In this document: positions 27,496-37,404 of the stretch, piece after piece
Numbering within the stretch: the stretch's first letter is position 1
How the letters are laid out: each line of letters starts with the position of its first letter
NCBI GenBank assembly: GCA_017608405.1
Contig: JAFCFX010000001.1
Location: 7,667 to 71,666, forward strand
DNA length: 64,000 nt
DNA from: Candidatus Pacearchaeota archaeon
GTDB taxonomy: Archaea; Nanobdellota; Nanobdellia; Pacearchaeales; GW2011-AR1
Direction: 5' to 3'
Made by a program: the position numbers and the translations under genes
Notes under the pieces: model-generated
What the model was told of the DNA's origin: nothing
Database searches by the model: none
What the model saw: only the letters and a program-made list of their open reading frames with translations

Positions 27496-29181
27496 TTATT
27501 CTAAAACAGCTTTTATTCTTCGAACACCTGCACTAGAAGAAGTTTGTTTTTGTATTTTAAATCTCTTTAGTTCGCTTGTGTTTCTAACGTGTGGGCCTGC
27601 ACAAATCTCTTTTGAAAAATTTCCAATACAATAAACAGAGATTTTATTTCCATATTTTTCGTCAAAAGAACCAAGAGCTCCTTTTTTCTTTGCTTCTTCA
27701 GGAGACATTATTTTCCTTGTAATTTCACAGCATTTTTCAATTTGTTTGTTGACTGTGTCTTCTACTTTTTTTATTTCTTGTTGTGTTAGTTTTCTTGGAA
27801 AAGAAAAATCTAATCTTAATCTCTCTGCAGTTATGTTGCTCCCTCTCTGCACAATGTTTTCATCTTTTAGCACTTTTCTTAATGCTGTTAATAATAAGTG
27901 AGCTGCAGTATGGAGTTTAGTAGTTGCTTGGGAATCGTCTGCCAATCCCGATTTGAATTTGCCTGCCGTAGCTGTTCTCGACAATTTTTGATGTTTTTGC
28001 AATTCTTTTTCGTAATATTTTTCATTTATTTTAATTTTATTTTCTTTAGCAAGTTCTTTTGTCATTTCTAGTGGAAAACCGTAACTTTGGTATAATAAGA
28101 AAGTTTGTTTTCCCGAAAGGATTTTTTTATTTGAAGTGAATTTTTTAAATTTGTTTAAACCTTTTTCAATTGTTCTACTGAATTTTTCTTCTTCTTTTTT
28201 AAGTTCTTCTAAAATGTTTTTTTTATTTTTTAGTTCAGGATAATCATCATAAATATGGAAAATAGGTTCAGCTATTTTTGTGAGTGATTCTTTTATGTTT
28301 AATTTTCTTTTATATCTTACAGCTCTCCTAATCAACCTCCTTAATACATATCCTTGTTCTAGATTACTGGGGGTGATTTTGTTTGCAATCATAAATACAG
28401 AGGCTTTGACATGGTCTGCTATTATTCTCATTTCTTTTTTATGTTGTGTATATTTCTTTTTTGATAAATTTTCTATTTCATTAATTATTGGTTTAAATAT
28501 GTCTGTTAGGTAATTATCTTTTAGATTGTTTAAAATTGCGATTGTTCTTTCAACCCCCATCCCAGTGTCTATGTTTTTTTGTTTTGCTTGCTTATAGTTT
28601 CCTTTTGAGTCTTTGTTATATTCCATAAAAACATTATTCCATATTTCAAATCCATTCACAAACATTTCTGTGTCAGGCCCACAAGGTCCTGTTTTTCCTG
28701 CAGGCCCCCACCAATTATCTTTCTTTCCTAAAAATTTTATTTTTTTTATTGCATGATCTCCCCATATTTGTGCAGATTCTGTATCTTTTTTAGCATTTTT
28801 ATCTCCCTTAAAACATGTTACTAATATTTGGCTTTTTTTGATTTTCAATATTTTGGTTAAGAATTCAACACTATATTCAATAGCTTCTTGCTTCCAATAA
28901 TCTCCTAAACTCCAATTACCTAGCATTTCAAAAAAAGTGTGGTGGTGGGGGTCTCCGACTTCTCCTATGTCTCGTGTTCTTATGCATTTTTGCACATTTA
29001 CAAGACGTTTGCCCTGGGCATGAGATTGTCCTAATAAATAAGGAACTATTGGGTGCATTCCTGCTGTTGTGAATAAGACTGTTGGATCATTTTCAGGAAT
29101 AAGTGGAGCATTCGGAATCTCTTTATGATTTTTAGATTTAAAAAATTCAATATATTCCTTGATTAATTGTTTCCGATTCAT
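27496..29181 (-). CDS. alaS: Alanyl-tRNA synthetase, compact (561 aa), bacterial-like N-terminus, editing-domain motifs present, no C-Ala domain
   Basis: FKSKNHKEIPNAPLIPENDPTVLFTTAGMHP...QKCIRT...HHHTFFEMLGNWSLGDYWK has class II AlaRS motifs. The editing region shows HTAAHLL and CAGPHV. Confidence 0.75.
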   Translation of the reverse strand: MNRKQLIKEYIEFFKSKNHKEIPNAPLIPENDPTVLFTTAGMHPIVPYLLGQSHAQGKRLVNVQKCIRTRDIGEVGDPHHHTFFEMLGNWSLGDYWKQEAIEYSVEFLTKILKIKKSQILVTCFKGDKNAKKDTESAQIWGDHAIKKIKFLGKKDNWWGPAGKTGPCGPDTEMFVNGFEIWNNVFMEYNKDSKGNYKQAKQKNIDTGMGVERTIAILNNLKDNYLTDIFKPIINEIENLSKKKYTQHKKEMRIIADHVKASVFMIANKITPSNLEQGYVLRRLIRRAVRYKRKLNIKESLTKIAEPIFHIYDDYPELKNKKNILEELKKEEEKFSRTIEKGLNKFKKFTSNKKILSGKQTFLLYQSYGFPLEMTKELAKENKIKINEKYYEKELQKHQKLSRTATAGKFKSGLADDSQATTKLHTAAHLLLTALRKVLKDENIVQRGSNITAERLRLDFSFPRKLTQQEIKKVEDTVNKQIEKCCEITRKIMSPEEAKKKGALGSFDEKYGNKISVYCIGNFSKEICAGPHVRNTSELKRFKIQKQTSSSAGVRRIKAVLE

Positions 29182-29221
29182 TGTAGTTTAAAGAAGAAGA
29201 GATATTTTAAAAATTGTGTGG

Positions 29222-29579
29222 TTAATGTAATTTTCTTAGTTTGTTTTGAATATTTTGAAGTTCGAGTTCTATGCTTTCATCGTAAGGCTCATCTCTTTTT
29301 TTTGGTTTTGGTTTTTTTTCAACTTCTTCGTCATCTTTTAGGATCTCTGGAATTTGCATTTTTGGGAGTATTTTTTGTAGTTTACTCATGTTTGTTTTTG
29401 TTTCTGCTAACTTTCTATGGAGTTTAATCTTAGTTTGTAGTTCTTCACCCCTAAAGGAATGATATCTCTTTAAGATCTTTATCATTTTCAATAAATCCAT
29501 TTCTGATTTAAGAACATCTCTTTTTGATTGGATTGCTTCGCTTCTTTCGAGTTTAATATGGATTAGGTTTTTTGCCATT
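29222..29579 (-). CDS. Coiled-coil protein (119 aa from MAKNL), translationally coupled to the upstream gene
   Basis: ATG at 29579 follows the stop of the upstream ORF by 1 nt (TAAAATG). Predicted alpha-helical coiled coil; no family assignment. Confidence 0.45.
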
Positions 29580-30152
29580 TTATTCAACCTTAGAAAAAAT
29601 GTCTTGGTCCACTTTCTCAATTTGTGCCTTGATTGCTTGGATTTCTGCTTCCCATGCTGATAATTCTTTTTCCTCTTCTTCTTTCAACTTCTTTATGTCA
29701 TGCAACATTTTTTCGATTTCGTGGACTTTCTTTTTTGTTTTTTCAAAAACATGCAACCCCTCTTCGAATTTATCTATTCTGATGAAGATTGGTTCATTTT
29801 TTCTCACAATTTTAGCAACTTCTTCAAATTCTTTTGGAATTCTTCCTCCTGAAAGTTCTTTTGTTCTAGGAATTTTAAGAGGTTTTTGCATCCTTTGCAA
29901 CTCATCTTCTGCAAACTCATCTGCATCAAAAACCTCTTCACCTTCTTTTTTCCCAGTTATAGCTTCTTTTATAGTATTTTGTGAGAATTTTTCTCCAAGA
30001 GAAGTATTTGGAAAGCTGGGTAGTTGAGGAATTGACGGCTGCGAATTATTTTCTCCTATTTTTGGCAATTCTGGCAATCTTGGTAATTCTGGCAAGGATT
30101 GGCCTGGCCCCTTTTTCTCTTCTTTTTTTTCGTTTTTACTAAACCACCCCAT
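29580..30152 (-). CDS. Coiled-coil protein with N-terminal LPxLP repeats (190 aa)
   Basis: LPELPRLPELPKI repeats, then a long heptad-like region (EKELSAWEAEIQAIKAQIEK); no family recognised. Confidence 0.45.
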   Translation of the reverse strand: MGWFSKNEKKEEKKGPGQSLPELPRLPELPKIGENNSQPSIPQLPSFPNTSLGEKFSQNTIKEAITGKKEGEEVFDADEFAEDELQRMQKPLKIPRTKELSGGRIPKEFEEVAKIVRKNEPIFIRIDKFEEGLHVFEKTKKKVHEIEKMLHDIKKLKEEEEKELSAWEAEIQAIKAQIEKVDQDIFSKVE

Positions 30153-30286
30153 TTGATATATCCTTTTTTATATAGTCTTTATAATATATATAAAATAGAA
30201 TACAGGTTTAAAAACTTTTATTTTTTTAAAAATTGTTAAAATTACTAACCGAAAGTTATTTAATTGAATTTTTTTTAATATTTAGA

Positions 30287-31192
30287 ATGCTAAATAAGTT
30301 TCTAAAGGATGTTATAATTATTGTTGTTGGTAAACAAGTAGAAGACATTGCTGATCTGCTTAATGCAAAGAAACATGTAAATGAGTTTATAATTGCAAAG
30401 AAATTGGACCTAACAATAAATCAAACCAGAAATATTCTTTATAAAATTTCAGATCATGGGTTAGTTTCCTCAATTAGGAAAAAAGATAAGCGAAAAGGAT
30501 GGTATACTTACTTTTGGAAAATTGAAATTTTGAAGGCTTTAGAATTTTTAAAAGAAATTTTGATTAAGAAGAAATTACAGATCTTAAACCAAATTAAAAG
30601 CCGAGAAACAAAGCAATTTTATGTTTGTGAAAGATGCAATATTGAGTTTAATGAAGAAAATGCATTACTTCATAACTTTACTTGTGATGAGTGTGGGGGA
30701 ATTTTCTCTTTAAAAGATAATTCTAAAGTTTTAAAAGAATTTAAGAGACATTTAGAGAAAATTAATAGAGAATTATCTTTAGTTAACTCAGAAATTGAAA
30801 AAGAATTATTAAAAATAGAAAAACAAAGACAAAAGCAACTGGCAAAACAGAAAAGAGAAAAAGCAAAGAAAACCAAGGCCAGCATTGCTAAGAGGAGGAA
30901 AACTGCCGCACTAAAGGCAAAGGCGAAGGGCAAGGGGGTTAAGAAGAAAGTTAAGAAACCCATAAAAAAGACTAAGAAAAAGAAATTTGTTAAAAAGAAA
31001 TCAAGGGTTGTGAAGAAAAAAAAGCTAGTAAAAAAGATTAAGAAAAAGAAAATTGTAAAGAAGAAGTTAAAGAAGAAACTTAAAAAGAAACCAGGAAAAA
31101 AGAAAAAAATTATGAAGGAGAAGTTTGCTAAAAAGAAGCTAAAGGTTGTGAAGAAACCATTTAAGAAAATTAAAAAAGCTAGAAAAAAGTAA
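30287..31192 (+). CDS. tfe: Transcription factor E (TFE/TFIIE-alpha) with a Lys-rich C-terminal tail of about 120 aa
   Basis: Winged helix (ADLLNAKKHVNEFIIAKKLDLTINQTRNILYKISDHGLVSSIRKKDKRKGWYTYFWKI) plus zinc ribbon (CERCNIEF...FTCDECGG). The last 120 aa or so are about 60% K/R (KKKVKKPIKKTKKKKFVKKKSRVVKKKK...). Confidence 0.75.
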   Translation: MLNKFLKDVIIIVVGKQVEDIADLLNAKKHVNEFIIAKKLDLTINQTRNILYKISDHGLVSSIRKKDKRKGWYTYFWKIEILKALEFLKEILIKKKLQILNQIKSRETKQFYVCERCNIEFNEENALLHNFTCDECGGIFSLKDNSKVLKEFKRHLEKINRELSLVNSEIEKELLKIEKQRQKQLAKQKREKAKKTKASIAKRRKTAALKAKAKGKGVKKKVKKPIKKTKKKKFVKKKSRVVKKKKLVKKIKKKKIVKKKLKKKLKKKPGKKKKIMKEKFAKKKLKVVKKPFKKIKKARKK

Positions 31193-31199
31193 TTCTAAA

Positions 31200-31889
31200 A
31201 TGCCAGGCATTTATCAAATTTACCATAAAAAGAAAAAAAATTTATGGGAAAAATTTACTATTAATACAAATATAATAATATTAAATATTGTGTGTTATTT
31301 TATTTTTTATGTTTTGCTTTTATCTGGGGTTCTTTCTATTGATTCTATAGCAATTAAGCCAGCAAATATTCTTCAAGGAAAATATATTTGGACTTTTTTA
31401 ACAAGTATGTTTATGCATGGGGGAATTTGGCATTTATTTGTAAATATGTTGTCTTTGTTTTTTGTTGGGTCTTTATTGCAAAAGATTTTAGGAGCAAAAA
31501 GATATTTGAAATTTTATTTACTTTCTGGCTTATTTGCAGGTTTGCTCTTTGTTTTGATGAGTCTGGTTTGGATGTCTGATTTTAATGCTTATGCTGTCGG
31601 TGCTTCTGGGGCTTTATTTGGATTAATTGGACTCTTGGTTTTGCTGACCCCCAATCTTCCTGTATATTTGATGTTTATTCCGATTCCAATAAAGATGAAG
31701 TATGCGGGCCCAGGAATGTTGATTGTATTATGGTTAATTTCTCAAGCACCTCTTCTTTTCGGGGGAGAGCAAATTTCTATTGGGCATACTGCTCATTTAG
31801 GGGGTTTTGTTGCTGGACTTGCCTATGGAATCTATTTGAGAAACAAATATAAAAACAAGACTCGTATGATAAGCAAGCATTTTAGGTAA
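31200..31889 (+). CDS. Rhomboid-family intramembrane serine protease
   Basis: Multi-TM; catalytic GASGALFGLIG (GxSG) and downstream HTAHLGG histidine. Confidence 0.75.
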   Translation: MPGIYQIYHKKKKNLWEKFTINTNIIILNIVCYFIFYVLLLSGVLSIDSIAIKPANILQGKYIWTFLTSMFMHGGIWHLFVNMLSLFFVGSLLQKILGAKRYLKFYLLSGLFAGLLFVLMSLVWMSDFNAYAVGASGALFGLIGLLVLLTPNLPVYLMFIPIPIKMKYAGPGMLIVLWLISQAPLLFGGEQISIGHTAHLGGFVAGLAYGIYLRNKYKNKTRMISKHFR

Positions 31890-31893
31890 AAAG

Positions 31894-32493
31894 ATGGTGA
31901 AAAAGAAAGAAAAGCCTTTTAGTTTGAAAAAGCAATATAGAAAAAGTTGGGATTATATTAAGGAATCGAAGAATTTTATTTACATAATTGTGGGGTTTTT
32001 TTTAATCTTTGCTTTAATTGGTTTTTTTGTTCCTGCACCAGAAGCCCTTTCTGAGCAAATTATGAAGTTGATTCAACAACTTTTAGAACAAACAAAAGGA
32101 ATGTCTAATGGAGAATTAATAAAATTTATTTTCTTTAATAATTTGAAAAGTAGTTTTTTTGGATTTTTATTTGGCCTTGTCCTTGGAATTTTTCCTGTAA
32201 TCGGAGCTATTACTAATGGATATTTATTGGGTTTTGTTGCTACCATGGCTACTCAAACAGAAAGCATTTGGGTTTTAGCTAGAATTTTACCTCATGGGAT
32301 TTTTGAATTGCCTGCTGTTTTTATTTCTTTTGGATTGGGACTGAGGTTTGGCATGTTTATTTTTAAGAAAAATAAAATAAAAACATTAAAAGAAACTTTT
32401 TGGAACTCTTTAAGGGTTTTTTTGTTGGTAGTTCTTCCGCTTCTAATTATCGCAGCCATCATAGAAGCAACCCTTATTTCTATTTCAGGATAA
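31894..32493 (+). CDS. Integral membrane protein (SpoIIM/DUF95-like)
   Basis: 199 aa, 5-6 predicted TM segments; weak resemblance to stage II sporulation protein M family topology. Confidence 0.4.
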   Translation: MVKKKEKPFSLKKQYRKSWDYIKESKNFIYIIVGFFLIFALIGFFVPAPEALSEQIMKLIQQLLEQTKGMSNGELIKFIFFNNLKSSFFGFLFGLVLGIFPVIGAITNGYLLGFVATMATQTESIWVLARILPHGIFELPAVFISFGLGLRFGMFIFKKNKIKTLKETFWNSLRVFLLVVLPLLIIAAIIEATLISISG

Positions 32494-32709
32494 TTAATCT
32501 CTTAAATCACTAATTCCAAGCATTAGTAAAAGAAAACCAATCATAACTACAAACCAGAAAATTCCTCCCTTGAGAAATATCCACGCAGCACTTAAAAAAT
32601 TAAGACTTTTTCCGAATAATGTCCAAGAATATATTGATGAACACCAAGCAATCAAAATTATCCCCACTAAGAGAACAAGCCCCAATAAGATTTCTACCCA
32701 TTTATTCAT
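32494..32709 (-). CDS. Small hypothetical membrane protein
   Basis: 71 aa, two hydrophobic helices. Confidence 0.3.
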   Translation of the reverse strand: MNKWVEILLGLVLLVGIILIAWCSSIYSWTLFGKSLNFLSAAWIFLKGGIFWFVVMIGFLLLMLGISDLRD

Positions 32710-32888
32710 TGTATTATTTTTTGTTGTTCTTCATTTAAAAAGATTTTTGTGATTAAATATATGTTACAAAACTCTTAAAAACCCGGTTATAATCAATAAG
32801 ATATGGAAACTGAGATGATTTGTAAGTCATTAGCAATTCCAATTTTGTAATTCTAGCTAGAACTTTAATTAAAATACCTTATTATTTT

Positions 32889-33839
32889 ATGGCACAAGTT
32901 AAAGATTTTTTATGGAAACCTGGATTGTCTGTGGAAGAATTAGTTGAAAATATGGGAAATATTGGTTTTCAGAGTGTTGAGTTGAAAAAAGCAGCAGATG
33001 TTATTGTTAAGATGAAGAAAAATAATTCAGATATTTTTTTAACTTTTACTTCAAACATGGTTAGTTCTGGTTTAAGAGGCTTTTTTGCTCAGGTTATTAG
33101 GTTGGGTCTTTGCAATGTGATTGTTACAACTGCAGGAGCTATTGAAGAAGATATTATGAAAGCAACAGGCGAGAAATTTTTAATTGGAAAATTTGATAGT
33201 GATGATGTTGAATTGCATGAACGAGGAGTTAATAGGATTGGAAATTTGCTTTTAAAAAATGAAAGTTATATGAATTTTGAGACTTGGATTTATTCTGCTC
33301 TTGATAAATTTTATGCAAAAAAGAAAAAATGGAGTGTGTCTAGCCTTTTAAGGGAAATTGGGCTGATGATTGATGATAAAGATTCAATTTTATATCAGGC
33401 AGCTAAAAATAATATTCCTATTTTTTGTCCTGCAATAACAGATGGAGCAATTGGATTTCATCTTTATTTATTTCAACAAAAACATAAAGATTTTGAAATA
33501 GATGTTGTCAATGATTTTGGGAATATTTTACTTTCAACTAGTTTTGATGCAAAGAAAGCGGTTATTGCTCTTGGGGGGGGCATTTCAAAACACCACGCTA
33601 TTTTATGCACTTTGTTAAATGGAGGAGCTGAATATGCAGTCTATATGACCACCGCACATAAAACTTCAGGAAGTATGTCTGGAGCCACGACTAGCGAAGC
33701 AAAGTCTTGGGGGAAGATTAAGGATGATAGTGATGTAGCAACTGTGATAGGAGATGTTACTGTTATGTTTCCCTTGGTGATGATTAAAGCCCTAGAAGAA
33801 TTAAATAGAGAAGGCTTTTTGAAAAATGCAACCTCCTAA
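32889..33839 (+). CDS. dys: Deoxyhypusine synthase
   Basis: FTSNMVSSGLRG...VIVTTAGAIEEDI...GVNRIGNLL match conserved DHS blocks; 316 aa. Confidence 0.8.
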   Translation: MAQVKDFLWKPGLSVEELVENMGNIGFQSVELKKAADVIVKMKKNNSDIFLTFTSNMVSSGLRGFFAQVIRLGLCNVIVTTAGAIEEDIMKATGEKFLIGKFDSDDVELHERGVNRIGNLLLKNESYMNFETWIYSALDKFYAKKKKWSVSSLLREIGLMIDDKDSILYQAAKNNIPIFCPAITDGAIGFHLYLFQQKHKDFEIDVVNDFGNILLSTSFDAKKAVIALGGGISKHHAILCTLLNGGAEYAVYMTTAHKTSGSMSGATTSEAKSWGKIKDDSDVATVIGDVTVMFPLVMIKALEELNREGFLKNATS

Positions 33840-34878
33840 ATTTATTATTTCTAAGAAGAAAGTTCTAGAACAATATCATAAGGTTGAGGAAATTTGTGAT
33901 TTTGTTTCATATAGCTCTAAGACAAATCAAATTGTTACAAAAATATTAGAAGAAAACACAAATAGCTTGTTTAGTGTGCATTTTATGAATGAACTTAAAC
34001 ATATTAAAGATAATTCAAGAGTTTTATTTATTGCCCAGGCATGGACTCAATCTCAAATACAACATTTAGTAAATAAGGGAATAAATTCTTTTATTATAGA
34101 TAATGAAGTTGATTTAAACAAATTAGTTTTGTTTTTAGAAGGCACTGAGGTAAAGATTAATCTTTTTTTGAGAATTAAATTTAAAGAAAATACTATTAGG
34201 ACAGAAAGGTATTTTGTTTTTGGAATGAATTCTGAAATTGTAAATAAAAGAATAAGGGAATTGAGAAGTAATGAAGAAATAAAATCTAAAATAATGAGTT
34301 TAGGGATTCATTTTCATAGAAAGTCTCAAAATATTAGTGAGTGGAATCTAGAATCTGAAGTTGAAAGTATAATTGATAAAGATGTTTTTGATTTAATCGA
34401 TGTTGTGAATATTGGAGGAGGATTACCTTCAGAATATGCAAATACAAATGGAAATGTTGTTGGAGGAGCAATTAAAGGGATAAAAAATTTTAGACTTTGG
34501 CTAAACCAGAGAAAAATTAAGATGATTGTAGAACCTGGAAGATTCTTAGCTGCTTCTAGTACAAAACTGGTAACAGAAATTATTGGAATACATGGAAATA
34601 ATATTATTGTTAATGCATCTGTTTACGGGGGGAATATGGATGCTTTGATTATCCCTGTAAAATTGCTTGTTGAAGGAGAATTGACTGATCAAGACGACTT
34701 AGCAAAGCCATATGTTGTTAAGGGCATTACTCCTTGTTCCTTAGATTTATTTAGATATAAGGTTTATTTAAGAGAACCAAAACTTGGAGACAAAATTACT
34801 TTTCTCAATGCTGGAGCGTATAATTTCTCAACTGATTTTTGCGATTTAGATAAAATAGATTATGAGATTGTTGATTAG
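33826..34878 (+). CDS. PLP-dependent Orn/DAP/Arg decarboxylase-family (alanine-racemase fold) protein
   Basis: VSYSSKTN (PLP-Lys block), GGG(LP) and MIVEPGRFLAASSTKLVTEIIG (EPGR motif). Overlaps dys by 14 nt, so probably an operon. Confidence 0.6.
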   Translation: MQPPKFIISKKKVLEQYHKVEEICDFVSYSSKTNQIVTKILEENTNSLFSVHFMNELKHIKDNSRVLFIAQAWTQSQIQHLVNKGINSFIIDNEVDLNKLVLFLEGTEVKINLFLRIKFKENTIRTERYFVFGMNSEIVNKRIRELRSNEEIKSKIMSLGIHFHRKSQNISEWNLESEVESIIDKDVFDLIDVVNIGGGLPSEYANTNGNVVGGAIKGIKNFRLWLNQRKIKMIVEPGRFLAASSTKLVTEIIGIHGNNIIVNASVYGGNMDALIIPVKLLVEGELTDQDDLAKPYVVKGITPCSLDLFRYKVYLREPKLGDKITFLNAGAYNFSTDFCDLDKIDYEIVD

Positions 34879-34920
34879 TTTTACATAAAAATTTATATAA
34901 TTCTGTGCTTTTTTTATTGT

Positions 34921-36003
34921 ATGGATATTAAAGTTAATCCTGAAAAAGACTTGGGGAAAAAAAAGAAAAATGCAGATGAAACAACTTTTATTGATGTCTT
35001 GAAGATTTTTTCACCAGGAACTGTTATGAGGACAGCATTTGATGATATTTTGCGTGCAAGAATGGGTGCCTTGGTTGTAGTGGATAAAGAAGGATTTTCT
35101 TCTATTTGTGAGGGAGGATTTAAAGTTAATTGTAAATTTAGTTCTCAAAGATTGGTAGAGCTTGCTAAAATGGATGGGGCAATTATTCTTTCTTCTGATA
35201 GAAAGAAAATACTTTCTGCTAATACCCTTTTAGTACCAAATATTAATTTACATACGAGTGAAACAGGCACAAGACACAGGGCAGCTGAAAGAACTTCTAA
35301 GCAATTTAAAACAATAGTGGTGGCTGTTTCTGAAAGAAGAAACAAGATTACTTTGTATTGGGGAGATGAAAAACATGTTTTGGAAAAAAGCTCTGAAATT
35401 TTAAGAAGAGCTACAGAGACACTACAAATATTAGAAAAACAAAAAGATATTTTTGAAGATGCTTTATTGCATTTGAATATTTTAGAAATAACTAATCTTG
35501 CAACTACAAGTGATGTTTGTAATGTTTTGCAAAGAATGGAGATTATTAGAAGAATTTCAGAAAGTGTAAAAAGATATTTAGTGGAGTTAGGAAAAGAAGG
35601 GATTATTGTTAGTATGAGATTAAAAGAATTAACAAGGAATTTGAGTTCAGAAAGAGAAATGATATTAATAGATTATTTTAAATCGCGTGCACCCAAAATT
35701 AAGACGCTTCTCAATAATATGAATTTTGATTTTTTATTGGAAACTTCTAATATTGTGAGGCTAATTTTTGAAAAACTCCATGACGAGTCTGTTTCTGGTA
35801 AAGGCGAAAGGATTTTAAGTAAGATAAATCTTCTTGAAAAAGAGAGAAGACTTTTAATGACTCATTTTAAAACCTTGGATAAGGTTTTTGATGCAGATAA
35901 AGAATCTCTCTTGGAAATTGTTCAGAGACAAGCAATTGTGGACTCATTAAAAGAAAAATTAGAAAATTTAAGAGAAAAAATTTTGAATGGGAAACGAATT
36001 TAA
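34921..36003 (+). CDS. Diadenylate cyclase (DAC domain, DisA-like) c-di-AMP synthase
   Basis: N-terminal DAC motifs: DGAIILS, TGTRHRAAERTS, VSERRNKITLY; 360 aa with a helical C-terminal region. Confidence 0.75.
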   Translation: MDIKVNPEKDLGKKKKNADETTFIDVLKIFSPGTVMRTAFDDILRARMGALVVVDKEGFSSICEGGFKVNCKFSSQRLVELAKMDGAIILSSDRKKILSANTLLVPNINLHTSETGTRHRAAERTSKQFKTIVVAVSERRNKITLYWGDEKHVLEKSSEILRRATETLQILEKQKDIFEDALLHLNILEITNLATTSDVCNVLQRMEIIRRISESVKRYLVELGKEGIIVSMRLKELTRNLSSEREMILIDYFKSRAPKIKTLLNNMNFDFLLETSNIVRLIFEKLHDESVSGKGERILSKINLLEKERRLLMTHFKTLDKVFDADKESLLEIVQRQAIVDSLKEKLENLREKILNGKRI

Positions 36004-37044
36004 ATGTTAACTGAAAAACAAGTGATGGAGATTAAATCTCATCTTGAAAAGGCACAGAATCCTTTGTTTTTTTTTGATAATGATGCAGATGGATTATGTA
36101 GTTTTCTTTTACTGCAAAGATGGATTGGGAGAGGAAAAGGATTTCCTGTTAAATCTTTTCCTGATTTAACTGTTGATTATTTTAGGAAAGTTAATGAATT
36201 AAATGCAGATTATATTTTCATTTTAGATAAACCAGTTGTTTCTGAGGATTTTTTTAAAGAAGTAAAACAAGTCAATATTCCTGTTGTTTGGATTGATCAT
36301 CATGGAGCGCAAAGCAATATACCGGATTTTGTTAATTATTATGACCCCACATTAAATAAGCCTCCTTCTAATGAACCTGTGACTGCTTTGTGTTATCAAA
36401 TAACAAATAAAAAAGATGATTTGTGGATTGCAGTAATGGGGTGTGTAGCAGATGGGTATGTTCCTGATTTTTATGAAGATTTTAAAAAGGATTTTCCTGA
36501 TTTGACAGTAGATTCAAAAGATGCTTTCCATGTTCTTTATAGTTCCCAGATAGGGCAAATTGCCCAAACCCTTGGAAATGGATTAAAAGACAGGACAACT
36601 AATGTTATCAGTATGTTGAAGTTTTTAATGCGAGCAGCAGGCCCTTATGATGTTTTAGAAGAGACAAATAAAAATCATACAATGCATGAACGTTCTAAAC
36701 AAATTCAGAAAAAATTTAATGAATTAATAGATAGGGCAAAAATTCTTGCTAAATCTTCTGATAAGATTTTATTTTTTAAATATGGCGGGGATTTGAGTAT
36801 TAGTGCTGAATTGGCAAATAAATTATGCTATCTGTTTCCAGAAAAGGTTGTTGTTGTGGCTTATATGAGTGGGATTAAGGCGAACGTTTCCATAAGGGGG
36901 AAAAACGTAAAAAAGCTTGTTGAACAGGCAATTAAAGGATTGGAGAATGCTACAGGGGGAGGCCACGAGATGGCTGTTGGTGCCCAGGTGAGGATAGAAG
37001 ATGTTGATAAATTTAAAGAAAATTTAAATAGAATTTTAGTATAG
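36004..37044 (+). CDS. DHH-family phosphoesterase (NrnA/GdpP-like)
   Basis: FDNDADGLCSF (DxD) and WIDHHG (DHH) motifs. Start codon abuts the stop of the DAC gene. Confidence 0.7.
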   Translation: MLTEKQVMEIKSHLEKAQNPLFFFDNDADGLCSFLLLQRWIGRGKGFPVKSFPDLTVDYFRKVNELNADYIFILDKPVVSEDFFKEVKQVNIPVVWIDHHGAQSNIPDFVNYYDPTLNKPPSNEPVTALCYQITNKKDDLWIAVMGCVADGYVPDFYEDFKKDFPDLTVDSKDAFHVLYSSQIGQIAQTLGNGLKDRTTNVISMLKFLMRAAGPYDVLEETNKNHTMHERSKQIQKKFNELIDRAKILAKSSDKILFFKYGGDLSISAELANKLCYLFPEKVVVVAYMSGIKANVSIRGKNVKKLVEQAIKGLENATGGGHEMAVGAQVRIEDVDKFKENLNRILV

Positions 37045-37404
37045 AAAATTATAAAAGTATGGTTTTTCTGTGTAGGTTATGATAAAGCAACTAAGTTACC
37101 AGATATGTATGATTAACTTAGTTTGCATTATAACAAAAACAAAAAAATACTCTTCAAATTAATTCAGTCTTTTGATCTGGGTTGAATGGAGAGAGATTTC
37201 TTATTTTATCTGGATTTTAAAGGATTTTGTTTTAATTTGAAAAAATTAAAATGAAAATACAGGAGAAAATGGAAAAGGAATTTGTAGAAAAAGAGTTAAA
37301 TTTGTTAATTGAATTTACTCTAGAATTGGAAAAGGAATTAGATTCTATTGTTCAAAATAAAAGATGATTTATTTAATTAAGAATTTCTCTTATTTGTAAT
37401 TATG

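Noticed and set aside
30670-30963. 97-aa minus-strand ORF inside tfe
   Set aside because: It is antisense to the Lys-rich coding tail of TFE (poly-Phe/Leu translation from the AAG/AAA complement).
30890-31192. Apparent tandem nucleotide repeats (aagaaaaag... units), a possible CRISPR or minisatellite
   Set aside because: The units are irregular and are codon-level repeats encoding KKxKK in the TFE tail. There are no spacer-repeat periodicity and no cas genes.
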